The notes under the pieces: generated by a model
Database searches by the model: none
What the model saw: only the letters and a program-made list of their open reading frames with translations
Told to the model about the DNA's origin: nothing
Translations under genes and position numbers: made by a program
Virus record (IMG/VR): IMGVR_UViG_3300044796_000141
Location: 36,323-100,322 of that record
Source of the DNA: a virus
Strand: one strand, 5' to 3'
Length of the DNA stretch: 64,000 nt
Shown: positions 34,948-44,082 of the stretch, piece after piece
Numbering within the stretch: the stretch's first letter is position 1
Layout: each line of letters begins with the position of its first letter

Positions 34948-35464
34948 TTTGCTTTCTATGATTTTCGTAGCGTTTAATAACGAGTTTTCTTTTTTCTGAA
35001 TGTTCTTGATAGTGTAATTCGTGATGACAATTTTGGCAAAGTAAAATACATTTATCTAATTCTTTTTTAATTGTTTCAAAGCCTAAATTATGATGACCGC
35101 CGATAGCAAAATCTTTTTTACTTGGGTCCAAATGATGAAAAACCATTGCGGCCGGACATTTATCATATCCACAATGAGAACATTTACCACCAAGATATTC
35201 AATGCTCTTTTGTTTAACGGCAAATCTTCTAGAATTAACCGAGCAAGAAGCGCAGACCAATCCTTTCCCAGTATAAGCTTTATTACAAATTTCACAGCTT
35301 CGAGAAATTGAAGTAATATTTATGTGTCCAAATGCAACAGTATTGTGTTTACCCCACGGAGAACATTCAAGGCAATATTTTCTATTTGAAAGAACTTTTC
35401 TTTTTCCTTCGATTGTTATTGACGACGGAAAAGATTTTTCACAATTTTTACATATCATATACAA
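34904..35464 (-). CDS. HNH homing endonuclease (intact)
   Basis: N-terminal CxxC pairs; FHHLDPSKK...ILLCQNCHHELH. The 3' end runs antisense through the 3' half of tRNA-Ile. Confidence 0.75.
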   Translation of the reverse strand: MYMICKNCEKSFPSSITIEGKRKVLSNRKYCLECSPWGKHNTVAFGHINITSISRSCEICNKAYTGKGLVCASCSVNSRRFAVKQKSIEYLGGKCSHCGYDKCPAAMVFHHLDPSKKDFAIGGHHNLGFETIKKELDKCILLCQNCHHELHYQEHSEKRKLVIKRYENHRKQMVHIVGVEPTAPVL

Positions 35465-35506
35465 TAATTATACCACAAGTCTAAAAAATATAAAGAAAAT
35501 AACCAC

Positions 35507-35535
35507 TTGACAAGATGAACTTAGAACGATAGAAT
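35507..35535 (+). promoter_or_regulatory. sigma70-like promoter
   Basis: TTGACA 35507-12, 17-nt spacer, TAGAAT 35530-35. Confidence 0.6.
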
Positions 35536-35545
35536 TTGGACCACA

Positions 35546-35809
35546 ATGATTAAACTACCTACAGCCAAAGAGGCACGACGCATTACTGTCGGCAAGAAGA
35601 AACGCATAAAGGAATTGCTGTTTGTTCTTTTGGCCGAAGCTATCGACGAAGGCAAACATCACACTTGGGTCGGCTTCAAACATAAAGAGAAAGCACTTAA
35701 AGCCTTAAAGAAGTTAAACAAATTAGATTATGCGTGCGAAATAGATTATGTAGGTTATCCAGGAATCGCTAAAAAAATGTGCAAATATAGACTAAGGATT
35801 TCGTGGTAA
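35546..35809 (+). CDS. hypothetical protein
   Basis: Track ORF. Confidence 0.6.
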   Translation: MIKLPTAKEARRITVGKKKRIKELLFVLLAEAIDEGKHHTWVGFKHKEKALKALKKLNKLDYACEIDYVGYPGIAKKMCKYRLRISW

Positions 35810-35810
35810 T

Positions 35811-36080
35811 ATGAACCTTGAACAATTAGAAAAAGCATTTGAAATTCCTAATCCTCGGATTACGACAATAGAGATTGCTGCAAAAAGATTCAATCAAAAT
35901 AATTCGGATAATTTTCATCCATTTAATAGCTGTCCAGAGTGTGACAGATTTGACCATTACAAAAATAAAATAAATTATGATTCGGGTACTAGAAATGTAA
36001 CCATTACATTTCCAATCACCTGCTATGCATGTTCTTATGTTTATCCTTTAAATACTCCTGTCCAAATGGTCAAAGCATGA
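35811..36080 (+). CDS. MN[IL]E[EQ]LE-family zinc-ribbon protein
   Basis: MNLEQLEKAFEIP...; CPEC...CYAC. Confidence 0.6.
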   Translation: MNLEQLEKAFEIPNPRITTIEIAAKRFNQNNSDNFHPFNSCPECDRFDHYKNKINYDSGTRNVTITFPITCYACSYVYPLNTPVQMVKA

Positions 36081-36340
36081 AAAAAGAACCAAACAAAGAA
36101 CCTAACACTCTCTACGCCCTTCATTTTAAAGATGAGCTTATCGAACCAAATATTTGGAAAAAATATAGTGACAAGTATGGTTCGCAAGGTCTGTACGGAT
36201 GGAAGCCACCAAAGAAAGTTTATTATACTTTAGGGCACGCCAAAGCGGCAATGAAGCACTTACCAAAACAAATTATTAACGAAGTGCAAATTATTAAATA
36301 TAAGCCATTTGAAACGGCAGCAATTAATGATAAAAGCTAA
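36077..36340 (+). CDS. hypothetical protein
   Basis: Track frame 36029..36340; ATG 36077 with ATGA coupling. Confidence 0.6.
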   Translation: MKKEPNKEPNTLYALHFKDELIEPNIWKKYSDKYGSQGLYGWKPPKKVYYTLGHAKAAMKHLPKQIINEVQIIKYKPFETAAINDKS

Positions 36341-36566
36341 AGTTCACTCCCTTAAGGCTCATGGCTTTACAAAATGCCCTCGGTGCATGAAGTACGGTCC
36401 CCCCTTGAACTTTGACAACCTTTGTGATAGGTGTTGTCTTATCTTGGTAGAGCACTTTCCAAATGACCCGAGCATTCCTTTTATTAAAGAGCACAACAAG
36501 AATTTTTTACAGCAAATTAAACATAGCGAATATATTAAACAAAGTTCAATAATGAGCGAAGAATGA
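36327..36566 (+). CDS. small zinc-ribbon protein
   Basis: Track frame 36309..36566; CPRC...CDRC. Confidence 0.5.
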   Translation: MIKAKVHSLKAHGFTKCPRCMKYGPPLNFDNLCDRCCLILVEHFPNDPSIPFIKEHNKNFLQQIKHSEYIKQSSIMSEE

Positions 36567-36763
36567 AAATACTATTAACACTATTAGTGCTTATGGCTCC
36601 AAACCTTCCACAAAAAGAATGGAAAAATATATCTGGCGTAACTGTAACCAGAATTTATGACCCCGATACGAATGTAGTTTGTTATGTGTCTGTAACCAGT
36701 AATAGCTATCCAGTTTCAACATCAATCAGTTGTTTCTCAATGAAGTTAAACGTCAGTCTATAA
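36563..36763 (+). CDS. small secreted protein
   Basis: N-terminus MKILLTLLVLMAP. Confidence 0.5.
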   Translation: MKILLTLLVLMAPNLPQKEWKNISGVTVTRIYDPDTNVVCYVSVTSNSYPVSTSISCFSMKLNVSL

Positions 36764-36780
36764 AGAAAAGGAAAAAGAAA

Positions 36781-37044
36781 ATGTCATTGCCTAAAGATAA
36801 GTGGTTAATCGAGCGTTTGAAGTATTTGGACAAGTGCGCGGCGGTCACAAAGAAGAAGATGTGTTATGCATCCTTTGTTACCAAAGACGGCGATAAGGTC
36901 AAGAAGCATGATTTGGGCTTCTTTACTGAAAGGGATTTGGGAGTTGCTTGGTCAAGAGCATTCCAATTAGTTCCATACAATCCCGCAACTGGCTTCTTTC
37001 CAGCAGGCAAAATTGAATTCTCGTCAGTTATTGAGCACAAGTAG
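36781..37044 (+). CDS. hypothetical protein
   Basis: Track frame 36730..37044; ATG 36781. Confidence 0.6.
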   Translation: MSLPKDKWLIERLKYLDKCAAVTKKKMCYASFVTKDGDKVKKHDLGFFTERDLGVAWSRAFQLVPYNPATGFFPAGKIEFSSVIEHK

Positions 37045-37202
37045 GTGATACTACTTATTGCAGTATTTTTATTGATAGCTTTCATACTTGGAAGAAGGTA
37101 TGAAACATATTCAATGAAAAAGAAACTTGTTAATAAAGTTTTAAGCCAACTAAAAGAAGAAGACGAGGCTGGCAGTAAAGTAATCTATCTAACGAGAAAA
37201 AA

Positions 37203-37421
37203 ATGAACCTAGAACAATTAGAAGAGATATTAAATCCATCAAAAATCTTTGTAGGAGCGCACGAAATGTCTTTACGAGACGCAATAAGTACAGGATTGGT
37301 GTTTTCTGCCGAGTGTCGGAATTGTCGCCGAATGAGCGAAAATAATCCTACTCACTGCAAGCGGCGTGGCTGTACAGCGCCTCTAAATATATCGTCCATT
37401 AGAAAGATTGTATTTACATGA
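37203..37421 (+). CDS. MN[IL]E[EQ]LE-family zinc-ribbon protein
   Basis: MNLEQLEEILNP...; CRNC...HCKRRGC. Confidence 0.6.
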   Translation: MNLEQLEEILNPSKIFVGAHEMSLRDAISTGLVFSAECRNCRRMSENNPTHCKRRGCTAPLNISSIRKIVFT

Positions 37422-37672
37422 ATATAGACGATTTTCAAACTGTATTAGAGTGGCATACTGGTTCTAAAGAAAAGCCACAAGTGATGACTCTTAAAGAAGC
37501 GCATAAGAGATACAGGTCGGACAAAATGAGATTATATCATGTAATATGTCCACACTGTCATCGCGAAAATACACCAAGTGGATATAGTGAAGATAAACAT
37601 ACTTGCGCTCGTTGCATGCAAATAATCGATTCTAACCTTTTAACTTCAAAGATTGAATACTACGACCTATGA
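37418..37672 (+). CDS. MN[IL]E[EQ]LE-family zinc-ribbon protein (divergent N-terminus)
   Basis: MNIDDFQTVLEW...MTLKEAHKRY; CPHC...CARC. Confidence 0.6.
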   Translation: MNIDDFQTVLEWHTGSKEKPQVMTLKEAHKRYRSDKMRLYHVICPHCHRENTPSGYSEDKHTCARCMQIIDSNLLTSKIEYYDL

Positions 37673-37908
37673 TTAAAGAACTGAAAGAACAAGGCTTTAA
37701 CGATGGCTTCGCGGCAGCAAAAGAAGCTAAAAAGAGTGGCATGAAAAAGAAAGATATTATGAACAAAGTCGTTGTTGATGATAAAGAAGTTGCCAAACAA
37801 ATCATGAAGGATGTTGGAGTAGGACATCAGAAGGCTTTTTCTTTCGCATGTGTTTACGCAATGAGTTATGATAATGGAGTCAGAGAAGCAATCTTCTCTG
37901 ATGATTAA
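37669..37908 (+). CDS. hypothetical protein
   Basis: Track ORF. Confidence 0.6.
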   Translation: MIKELKEQGFNDGFAAAKEAKKSGMKKKDIMNKVVVDDKEVAKQIMKDVGVGHQKAFSFACVYAMSYDNGVREAIFSDD

Positions 37909-37909
37909 T

Positions 37910-38125
37910 ATGCCAAAACCAAGTCTTAAAGAACCATTCCGTACTTTAGAGTTTGATTTAATTGAATTTTTGCTTGGCGGTTTAAAACAATATAGACCAG
38001 ACCTATCTTATCCGCAATCGCATTCTGACATGCAAGCATGTGTGCGAGCCATAATTAAAGCCTATGATATAGAACGAAGACCACTTGCACGAAAATCAAT
38101 AGAAATTTATTCAGAAGAAGACTAA
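37910..38125 (+). CDS. hypothetical protein
   Basis: Track frame 37868..38125; ATG 37910. Confidence 0.55.
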   Translation: MPKPSLKEPFRTLEFDLIEFLLGGLKQYRPDLSYPQSHSDMQACVRAIIKAYDIERRPLARKSIEIYSEED

Positions 38126-38126
38126 T

Positions 38127-38390
38127 ATGAATATCAATGATTTAGAAAGTCTTTTCGATTCTAGAAAGTTTAGGAAGCAACCTGAAACTTTAGGTGACGC
38201 GCGTCAATTACGCGAATTATCAATTCTTAGATGGTTTAATGTTATCTGTGCAAAATGCGGCAAAACTACAACACCTATTTCTAGAGGTGGCGCACTACTT
38301 TCTTGTGAATTATGCCGTTGGGACATTCCTGACAGTACTCCATTGCGCGGCTTTGAATTTCATAAAGGAAAACAGTTCGAAGGTGCTTGA
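38127..38390 (+). CDS. MN[IL]E[EQ]LE-family zinc-ribbon protein
   Basis: MNINDLESLF...; CAKC...CELC. Confidence 0.6.
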   Translation: MNINDLESLFDSRKFRKQPETLGDARQLRELSILRWFNVICAKCGKTTTPISRGGALLSCELCRWDIPDSTPLRGFEFHKGKQFEGA

Positions 38391-38415
38391 CTATAATTTT
38401 CTATTATGATAGAAT
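38387..38415 (+). promoter_or_regulatory. sigma70-like promoter with extended -10
   Basis: TTGACT 38387-92, 17-nt spacer, TGa-TAGAAT 38407-15. Confidence 0.6.
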
Positions 38416-38439
38416 AGTCGTCCAAAGGGAGTTAATAAT

Positions 38440-38868
38440 ATGTTAAACGCAGCAGATGTAAATAAGAAGAAGGCAGAAATAAAAGCGGCTCAAGAAAAAG
38501 GGCGCCAAGAGGCCGACCAATTGGCTCTTGATAAATATCTTGAACAAGTTGAAAAGGTAGTATTGGCATCGATTGATAATTTTACAACGGTCTATAAGCC
38601 AACGACAGTATCCGCTCGTGCGCAAAAGGCATTAGAAGATGCGGGCTATAAAGTATTTGACAATGGCAATTCATTTTTAATTAGATGGAATGTTGCTGTA
38701 GCGCCAGTAGCTCCACAAGTTTTCCCATGCGATGATGGCTGTATGTGTCGTCAATTGGAAGCTTTAGAAAATATTTTATTGGATGAAGATTTTACTGTGA
38801 TTGAGCCAGAATTAGAACCAGAGCCACCAACACCACCTCGTCGCGCCGCACGTCGCCGCTCTAAATAA
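38440..38868 (+). CDS. hypothetical protein with basic Pro/Arg tail
   Basis: Track ORF. Confidence 0.6.
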   Translation: MLNAADVNKKKAEIKAAQEKGRQEADQLALDKYLEQVEKVVLASIDNFTTVYKPTTVSARAQKALEDAGYKVFDNGNSFLIRWNVAVAPVAPQVFPCDDGCMCRQLEALENILLDEDFTVIEPELEPEPPTPPRRAARRRSK

Positions 38869-38873
38869 GTTTC

Positions 38874-38902
38874 TTGACTTTATATAAATTTTACTGTATA
38901 CA
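38874..38902 (+). promoter_or_regulatory. sigma70-like promoter
   Basis: TTGACT 38874-79, 17-nt spacer, TATACA 38897-902. Confidence 0.45.
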
Positions 38903-38918
38903 TTGAATAGGAGATAAT

Positions 38919-39242
38919 ATGAATAACGATACACAAGTTTCTACAGATACGGTTCTTAGCGATACAACGGTGACAACCACCACGGAAACGCCACAGGAAG
39001 TGTCTAAACGCGCCTATACGCGCTCTACGGACATGGCCCTAGGCAATGACCTCATCTTGCGTTTGATTCCTACAGGGGCCGCTAATGCGGTTTCAAAGAA
39101 ACAAATCTTTAAGGAAATGTCAGATACAACCTTTGAACTCGTCAATAAGAATTGGAATCTTCGCATCCAATCTCTTGAAAAAGATGGCTTAGTTAAGTCT
39201 ACTGGCGCGAAAGCCGGCAAAAAGTATTTTCTTCCAGAATAA
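38919..39242 (+). CDS. hypothetical protein
   Basis: Track ORF; AGGAGA RBS. Confidence 0.6.
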   Translation: MNNDTQVSTDTVLSDTTVTTTTETPQEVSKRAYTRSTDMALGNDLILRLIPTGAANAVSKKQIFKEMSDTTFELVNKNWNLRIQSLEKDGLVKSTGAKAGKKYFLPE

Positions 39243-39434
39243 CCCTCTAACTCTTAGAAAGTTTTTGTGCGAACTAAAAGATGCAAAAAGTGCAACTATT
39301 TCGACGCCGCAATAGAATGCGAATTGTGCGAAAAGTGTCTAATTCTTGATTTGCAAAAAATGCAATCGGAATCAAATGCAAATATTTTCAAATCAAATAA
39401 GAAAAGCTTCTACTTCCAAAAGGATGCTAATTAA

Positions 39435-39614
39435 ATGATTTTTATTGCATCTTGGTTAATACTTGGTATTATACATTTTGTATTTTGCATGTATTATGAT
39501 GGCAATAGAATGACAGCACCGGAACAATTACTTATATTTTTCTTATCTATTTGTTTTGGTGCAATTATATTTCCAATAGCATTATATCTTAAATTAACAG
39601 GATGGAGTTTATGA
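39435..39614 (+). CDS. small membrane protein (59 aa)
   Basis: Two hydrophobic helices; stop overlaps ATG 39611 (ATGA); just below the track cutoff. Confidence 0.4.
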   Translation: MIFIASWLILGIIHFVFCMYYDGNRMTAPEQLLIFFLSICFGAIIFPIALYLKLTGWSL

Positions 39615-40000
39615 TTAAACAAGTTATAGTAATGCGTAAAGACCTTAAGATGCGTCGTGGTAAAGAGATTGCTCAAGGTGCGCACGCCTCTATGGCATTT
39701 TTTACAAATAAAATTCACAATTACCCTCAGTATGATAATCAAATTTTTAGCCATAAGCTTTCTATAGAAGAGTTTGAGTGGATTAAAGGCAAGTTTACTA
39801 AAATTTGTCTTCAAGTTGATTCAGAAGAAGAACTTCAAACTATCTATGATGCCGCTAAGGCAGGCGGATTTACAGTCCATATGATTACTGATAGTGGACT
39901 TACAGAATTTAATGGCGTTCCTACTAAAACCTGTTTAGCTATTGGTCCGAATATCGCAGAAGATATTGACAAACTTACAGGTCATTTGAAATTATACTAA
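39602..40000 (+). CDS. peptidyl-tRNA hydrolase, PTH2 type
   Basis: VMRKDLKMRRGKEIAQGAHAS...KICLQV...MITDSGLTEF.GVPT.TCLAIGP; alternative start at ATG 39611. Confidence 0.8.
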   Translation: MEFMIKQVIVMRKDLKMRRGKEIAQGAHASMAFFTNKIHNYPQYDNQIFSHKLSIEEFEWIKGKFTKICLQVDSEEELQTIYDAAKAGGFTVHMITDSGLTEFNGVPTKTCLAIGPNIAEDIDKLTGHLKLY

Positions 40001-40001
40001 T

Positions 40002-40298
40002 ATGAACATTGAACAATTTGAAAATATTCTTTGTCCACCGCCGCCAAAGATAAAAAATCCGTTTACAATTTCAAGGCTTTGGGAAGCAATTGAATTTTAT
40101 CATCAAGGCAAAATTATAGGATATAGTGTAATTTGTCCTCATTGCAAAATTCAAAGTTGGCCAACAACCAGTCGTGGTGCATCTAAGTGCTCAAGTCATC
40201 TTGGTCCTAGACACGGATGTTCCAAATTAATTTCAGAAAATGAAAAGCTTCTATCTATTAAAACTACCACCGAAGAGTATTATTTTAATGAAGAATAA
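40002..40298 (+). CDS. MN[IL]E[EQ]LE-family zinc-ribbon protein
   Basis: MNIEQFENILCPP...; CPHC. Confidence 0.6.
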   Translation: MNIEQFENILCPPPPKIKNPFTISRLWEAIEFYHQGKIIGYSVICPHCKIQSWPTTSRGASKCSSHLGPRHGCSKLISENEKLLSIKTTTEEYYFNEE

Positions 40299-40336
40299 AT
40301 TCGTTAGAAATAGTGAGAACCACAACTCTCATCTTT

Positions 40337-40726
40337 ATGATTATCCTGATGGACAACCCTATAAGAGCGCTAAGCTCGGGAGGTTGGTTCCAGGTCGCTC
40401 AGCAGGAATCAACCAAATCAGACGCAGCTAATTTTAAGCTTGGTTCAATCGTTTTAAAGAAAAGAAGAATCGTTTCAAAAGGTTTCAATAATCATAAGAG
40501 CGACCCAAAGCTTGTAAAGTACGGATACAAATCCAAGCTTCACGCTGAGTTTAGCGCTATGATGAGAGGTACAGGCGATATGCTATTTGTTGCCCGATTT
40601 AAGAAGGATGGACAAATGGCTTGCGCGAAACCTTGCATTCATTGCTTGCATACTGCGAAGATTTTAGGTATAGATACTATTGTCTATAGTGATTGGGACG
40701 GGAATTTCAGAAGTATAGAATTGTAA
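40337..40726 (+). CDS. CMP/dCMP-type zinc deaminase
   Basis: HAEFSAM ... PCIHC zinc-binding signature; track frame 40313..40726; start uncertain (ATG 40337 or 40349). Confidence 0.75.
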   Translation: MIILMDNPIRALSSGGWFQVAQQESTKSDAANFKLGSIVLKKRRIVSKGFNNHKSDPKLVKYGYKSKLHAEFSAMMRGTGDMLFVARFKKDGQMACAKPCIHCLHTAKILGIDTIVYSDWDGNFRSIEL

Positions 40727-40736
40727 GGAGTTTAAA

Positions 40737-41558
40737 ATGGATAACTATAATAAAATTGATGGATGGTATTACATTATTACAGAAAAGCCTGTAGGGTCTA
40801 TTAAACTTAAGGGCCAAGTCTTACACAAAGGCTGGGATATTCCTAGTAATTGGGCAATTGACAGTAATAAACAATGCTGGAAAGATAACGCTCATGGTGC
40901 TACGCTCAATCCTTGTACTACCGATGAATTACTTCTTCTCTTAAAAGAAGACGACAACCAAGACACTATCAATGCCGTCATGGGATTATTGGGTCTTTCT
41001 AAAGAATACCAGTTTCGCGGTTTTAGTAAAATCTCTCGCTTAAACAGAACGACTATCGTTACCGAAAAAATTGACGGTACTAATGCTCTTATTTATATTC
41101 CAGAAGATTGTCCAGATAAAATGCTTGTTGGTTCTAGAACACAATGGATTACTCCTGAAAAAGACAATTATGGTTTTGCGCGTTGGGCTCAAGACAACAA
41201 AGAAGAACTTCTTAAATTAGGTCCAGGCTCTCACTATGGTGAATGGGCCGGCTTAGGCATTCAACGCAGATACGGACTTAAAGAAAAAAGATTTTATCTA
41301 TTTAATGCTACTCGCTGGACTGATGAAGTGCGTCCAAAATGCTGTTATGTTGTACCAGTATTATCTCAACATACAGACATTCGTCACGCAACCGACACAG
41401 GACTACAAATGCTTCGTGATAATGGTTCTTATATTAATCACGACTTTAAAAATCCTGAAGGTGTTGTTGCTTATCATACTGCAAGCGGGCAATTATTTAA
41501 AATTACATTAGATAATGACGGTGAGCGAAAAGGAAAAGTCATTTTACCAAAGGAATAA
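40737..41558 (+). CDS. ATP-dependent RNA-ligase-family nucleotidyltransferase
   Basis: Motif I EKIDGTNA; GEWAG; motif IV PEGVVAY; LFKITLD. Confidence 0.7.
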   Translation: MDNYNKIDGWYYIITEKPVGSIKLKGQVLHKGWDIPSNWAIDSNKQCWKDNAHGATLNPCTTDELLLLLKEDDNQDTINAVMGLLGLSKEYQFRGFSKISRLNRTTIVTEKIDGTNALIYIPEDCPDKMLVGSRTQWITPEKDNYGFARWAQDNKEELLKLGPGSHYGEWAGLGIQRRYGLKEKRFYLFNATRWTDEVRPKCCYVVPVLSQHTDIRHATDTGLQMLRDNGSYINHDFKNPEGVVAYHTASGQLFKITLDNDGERKGKVILPKE

Positions 41559-42026
41559 TATTTGATAATTCAAGTGGAATTGCTTTAAAAGCCTTTAAAT
41601 AATCAATGGAATTTTGTAATAAAGAAATGTCATCCTTAAAAAGACCGAGCGCTTTATTGCAAGCGCTACACAATAGTCCGTCTAATTTGACCGAGTTTTA
41701 TGGTCATGGTCTACTGCAAAACTTTGATTATATTTTTGATAATGTTCATTTAAAGTCATTAAGCAAATATAACAGCAATTCCTTTGCATTAAAAGCATTT
41801 CATTATATTGTTCAGAAGTTAGTCCATAAAAAGTTTTTAACTTATATTTTTTCTTTCTGTTTTTTGCTTCTTGTGGATTTTTTGTTTCTCTTGCTTTTTT
41901 ATCTTGTTCATGGCACTGTTTACATTGAGATGAAAGTCCATCATGTTTTGATGAATTTTTATAAAACTGTTTTGTTGATTTTGGCAAATGACATTTATAG
42001 CATTTTTTCATATAATAATTATACAC
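41539..42026 (-). CDS. Endonuclease VII / HNH-type homing endonuclease; needs two +1 shifts at CGG 41693-41691 and 41680-41678
   Basis: ...YGLTSEQYNEMLLMQRNCCYIC...FAVDHDHKT|GQIR|GLLCSACNKALGLFKDDISLLQNSIDYLKAF...; the track shows only 41682..42026. Confidence 0.7.
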
Positions 42027-42056
42027 TGCGCCTATAAATTAATAAGGTAATTTAAA

Positions 42057-42296
42057 GTGAATATAGAAGAAATTGAAAAAGTTTTAAACCCTGAGCAATC
42101 TGATGGGATTGCGAAAATGACCCTAAATTTAGCGCGAGCTAGTGGTTTGTTTGGTAATGGCTATAGACTATCATGTAATACATGCAATGAAGTCGGAACT
42201 TTTGTTTGGCGCGAAGATTATGTTTATATACGCTGTACGGCATGTGATTCTCGTTATCATAGAGATTTAGATTTAATAAATATTATAAGGAAATAA
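42057..42296 (+). CDS. MN[IL]E[EQ]LE-family zinc-ribbon protein (GTG start)
   Basis: (M)NIEEIEKVLNP...; CNTC...CTAC. Confidence 0.55.
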   Translation: MNIEEIEKVLNPEQSDGIAKMTLNLARASGLFGNGYRLSCNTCNEVGTFVWREDYVYIRCTACDSRYHRDLDLINIIRK

Positions 42297-42297
42297 A

Positions 42298-42672
42298 ATG
42301 ACAAAGAAATTCAAATTTAAAGGCTGGGATTGGACAGAAATCTTAAAAGCCGCCAATCAAGAACTTGGAATGAAGTTAAAAACAGAACTAGAGCCATTTA
42401 CTACATTTGAAGAAGAAGATAAACTTCTTGATGGAGAAGTTAAAAGACTTTTTGATGATTGTATGGGTTGGGACGGCATAGGTCTTAAATACGGACTTAC
42501 TAAAAAAGGCAAAGTAGTATACAACATCATCCAAAGATATCTTGAAGTATTTTTGCCGAACGAAAAGAAAATTCACTATCACTATCCGCTTTGGGTCGGT
42601 CTTTCTAAAATTAAAGACCCTGAAACGTTTTTAAAATATACATCAGTTTTGATTCGCTTTATGTGGAACTAA
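42298..42672 (+). CDS. hypothetical protein
   Basis: Track ORF. Confidence 0.6.
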   Translation: MTKKFKFKGWDWTEILKAANQELGMKLKTELEPFTTFEEEDKLLDGEVKRLFDDCMGWDGIGLKYGLTKKGKVVYNIIQRYLEVFLPNEKKIHYHYPLWVGLSKIKDPETFLKYTSVLIRFMWN

Positions 42673-42677
42673 GATAA

Positions 42678-42887
42678 ATGAAATACATTGCAAAAGGAAT
42701 GGAAGTTTCTTTGCCACTCACAGTCGAAAGTATCGAAAATCTTCTATCCTCTATTCACTCAAAAGAAGCCGCCAGTTTGATTTTGATTGACCTCTACCGC
42801 GATGTGATGCTATGTGTAGCTAGTGGCGCAGGGCACGCCAAAGACCTTGCCATAGCAGCTCTTAAAATCGAGGATTTACTTAAGTGA
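42678..42887 (+). CDS. hypothetical protein
   Basis: Track ORF. Confidence 0.55.
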   Translation: MKYIAKGMEVSLPLTVESIENLLSSIHSKEAASLILIDLYRDVMLCVASGAGHAKDLAIAALKIEDLLK

Positions 42888-43225
42888 ACATAGAAGAATT
42901 AGAATCAACTTTAAAACCAAAACTTAAATTTTCTTTTTGGTATATGCACGATAATCATACTTTTACTCGTCTCAAAAGTTCAACAATTGACGAAATGTGT
43001 AAAGAGGCTTTTGAAATTGGCAAAGAAAGTCCATATGGAATGCTTTGTCCTGTAACAGTTTTAAATGCCGAAACCGATAAAGAATTACGAAGAGTTGGCA
43101 GTATCGTTCATACTACGGAAAGTTCCGAACTAAACGACACAAAATACGCCAACGCTATCCAGCAATGGAAGCATGAAATTCTACAAGATGCAGACATTAG
43201 GGCGCACTTAATAGAAAATATTTAG
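42884..43225 (+). CDS. MN[IL]E[EQ]LE-family protein (GTG start, no zinc ribbon)
   Basis: (M)NIEELESTLKP... Confidence 0.55.
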   Translation: MNIEELESTLKPKLKFSFWYMHDNHTFTRLKSSTIDEMCKEAFEIGKESPYGMLCPVTVLNAETDKELRRVGSIVHTTESSELNDTKYANAIQQWKHEILQDADIRAHLIENI

Positions 43226-43233
43226 GAGAATTT

Positions 43234-44082
43234 ATGATTAAGCAAGATAAATTACAAGCTGTAGTATCTACTATTAGAGATTGGATTAAAGAAAAGATTC
43301 AAGAAGCCAATTGTGAAGGCGCTGTAGTAGGTTTAAGTGGTGGCGCAGATAGCGCGCTCGTAGCTATTCTCTGCCAAGAGGTAGTTCCTACGCATGTCGT
43401 TAAGATGCCATGCCATTCAAGTCCAGTAAGTTTAGCTAGAGCCGACGAATTAATCGCCGCGTTTCCGAATCTTATAGACTATACAGTCAATTTAGAAACA
43501 GCTTTTGAAAGCATTAAACTTCAAACCACTAAAAAGATGGACGTAATGCGAAACGGAAAAATGGCCGTCGCAGCTTTACGTTCATGTCTTCGTGCGCCCA
43601 CATTAGATTTTGTTGGCAAGCTTACTAATTCTTTGATTGTTGGTACGGGTAATCGTGATGAAGACGAAGTAACGCGTTATTTTCAAAAACGTGGAGACGG
43701 TTGTGTTGATATCTCTCCAATTGCAAAACTTCACAAAAGCGAAGTGTGGCAATTACTTAAATTTTCAAGTTGTCCCAAATCTATTATTGATGCAGTTCCT
43801 TCTGCTGACCTTTGGGGAGCTGATAGCGGTCAAGAAGATGAAAAAGAACTTGGTTTAACCTATGAAGAAATTGAATGGGCAATAAAATTTGGCGATAAAA
43901 CTTGTCTATTTCAAGACACGACTGCCAATTGGGTTAATGGTGGTGACCTTCTTAATTTGACCGCTCGCCAACTCGAAGTCTTAAAGAAAGTTTCTCACTT
44001 AGAAAAAATCTCTCGCCATAAAGCAGAAATGCCACCAGTTTTTAATGTGCGTGGTTTAATGTCAGGTTGTTTTGAGACATAA
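43234..44082 (+). CDS. nadE: NH3-dependent NAD+ synthetase-like (PP-loop ATPase)
   Basis: VVGLSGGADSALVA (SGGxDS); GTGNRDEDE...KRGDGCVDISPI..LHKSEVWQL. Confidence 0.85.
   Translation: MIKQDKLQAVVSTIRDWIKEKIQEANCEGAVVGLSGGADSALVAILCQEVVPTHVVKMPCHSSPVSLARADELIAAFPNLIDYTVNLETAFESIKLQTTKKMDVMRNGKMAVAALRSCLRAPTLDFVGKLTNSLIVGTGNRDEDEVTRYFQKRGDGCVDISPIAKLHKSEVWQLLKFSSCPKSIIDAVPSADLWGADSGQEDEKELGLTYEEIEWAIKFGDKTCLFQDTTANWVNGGDLLNLTARQLEVLKKVSHLEKISRHKAEMPPVFNVRGLMSGCFET

Noticed and set aside
40240-40431. A CGG-type frameshift joining track ORF 40240..40431 to the deaminase frame
   Set aside because: The frames differ by +1, but there is no in-frame CGG in the overlap. The deaminase N-terminal helix is complete from ATG 40337 or 40349.
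41606-42037. 143-aa plus-strand track ORF
   Set aside because: It is antisense to the recognisable Endonuclease VII-type gene and is a low-complexity, hydrophobic translation of AT-rich antisense sequence.
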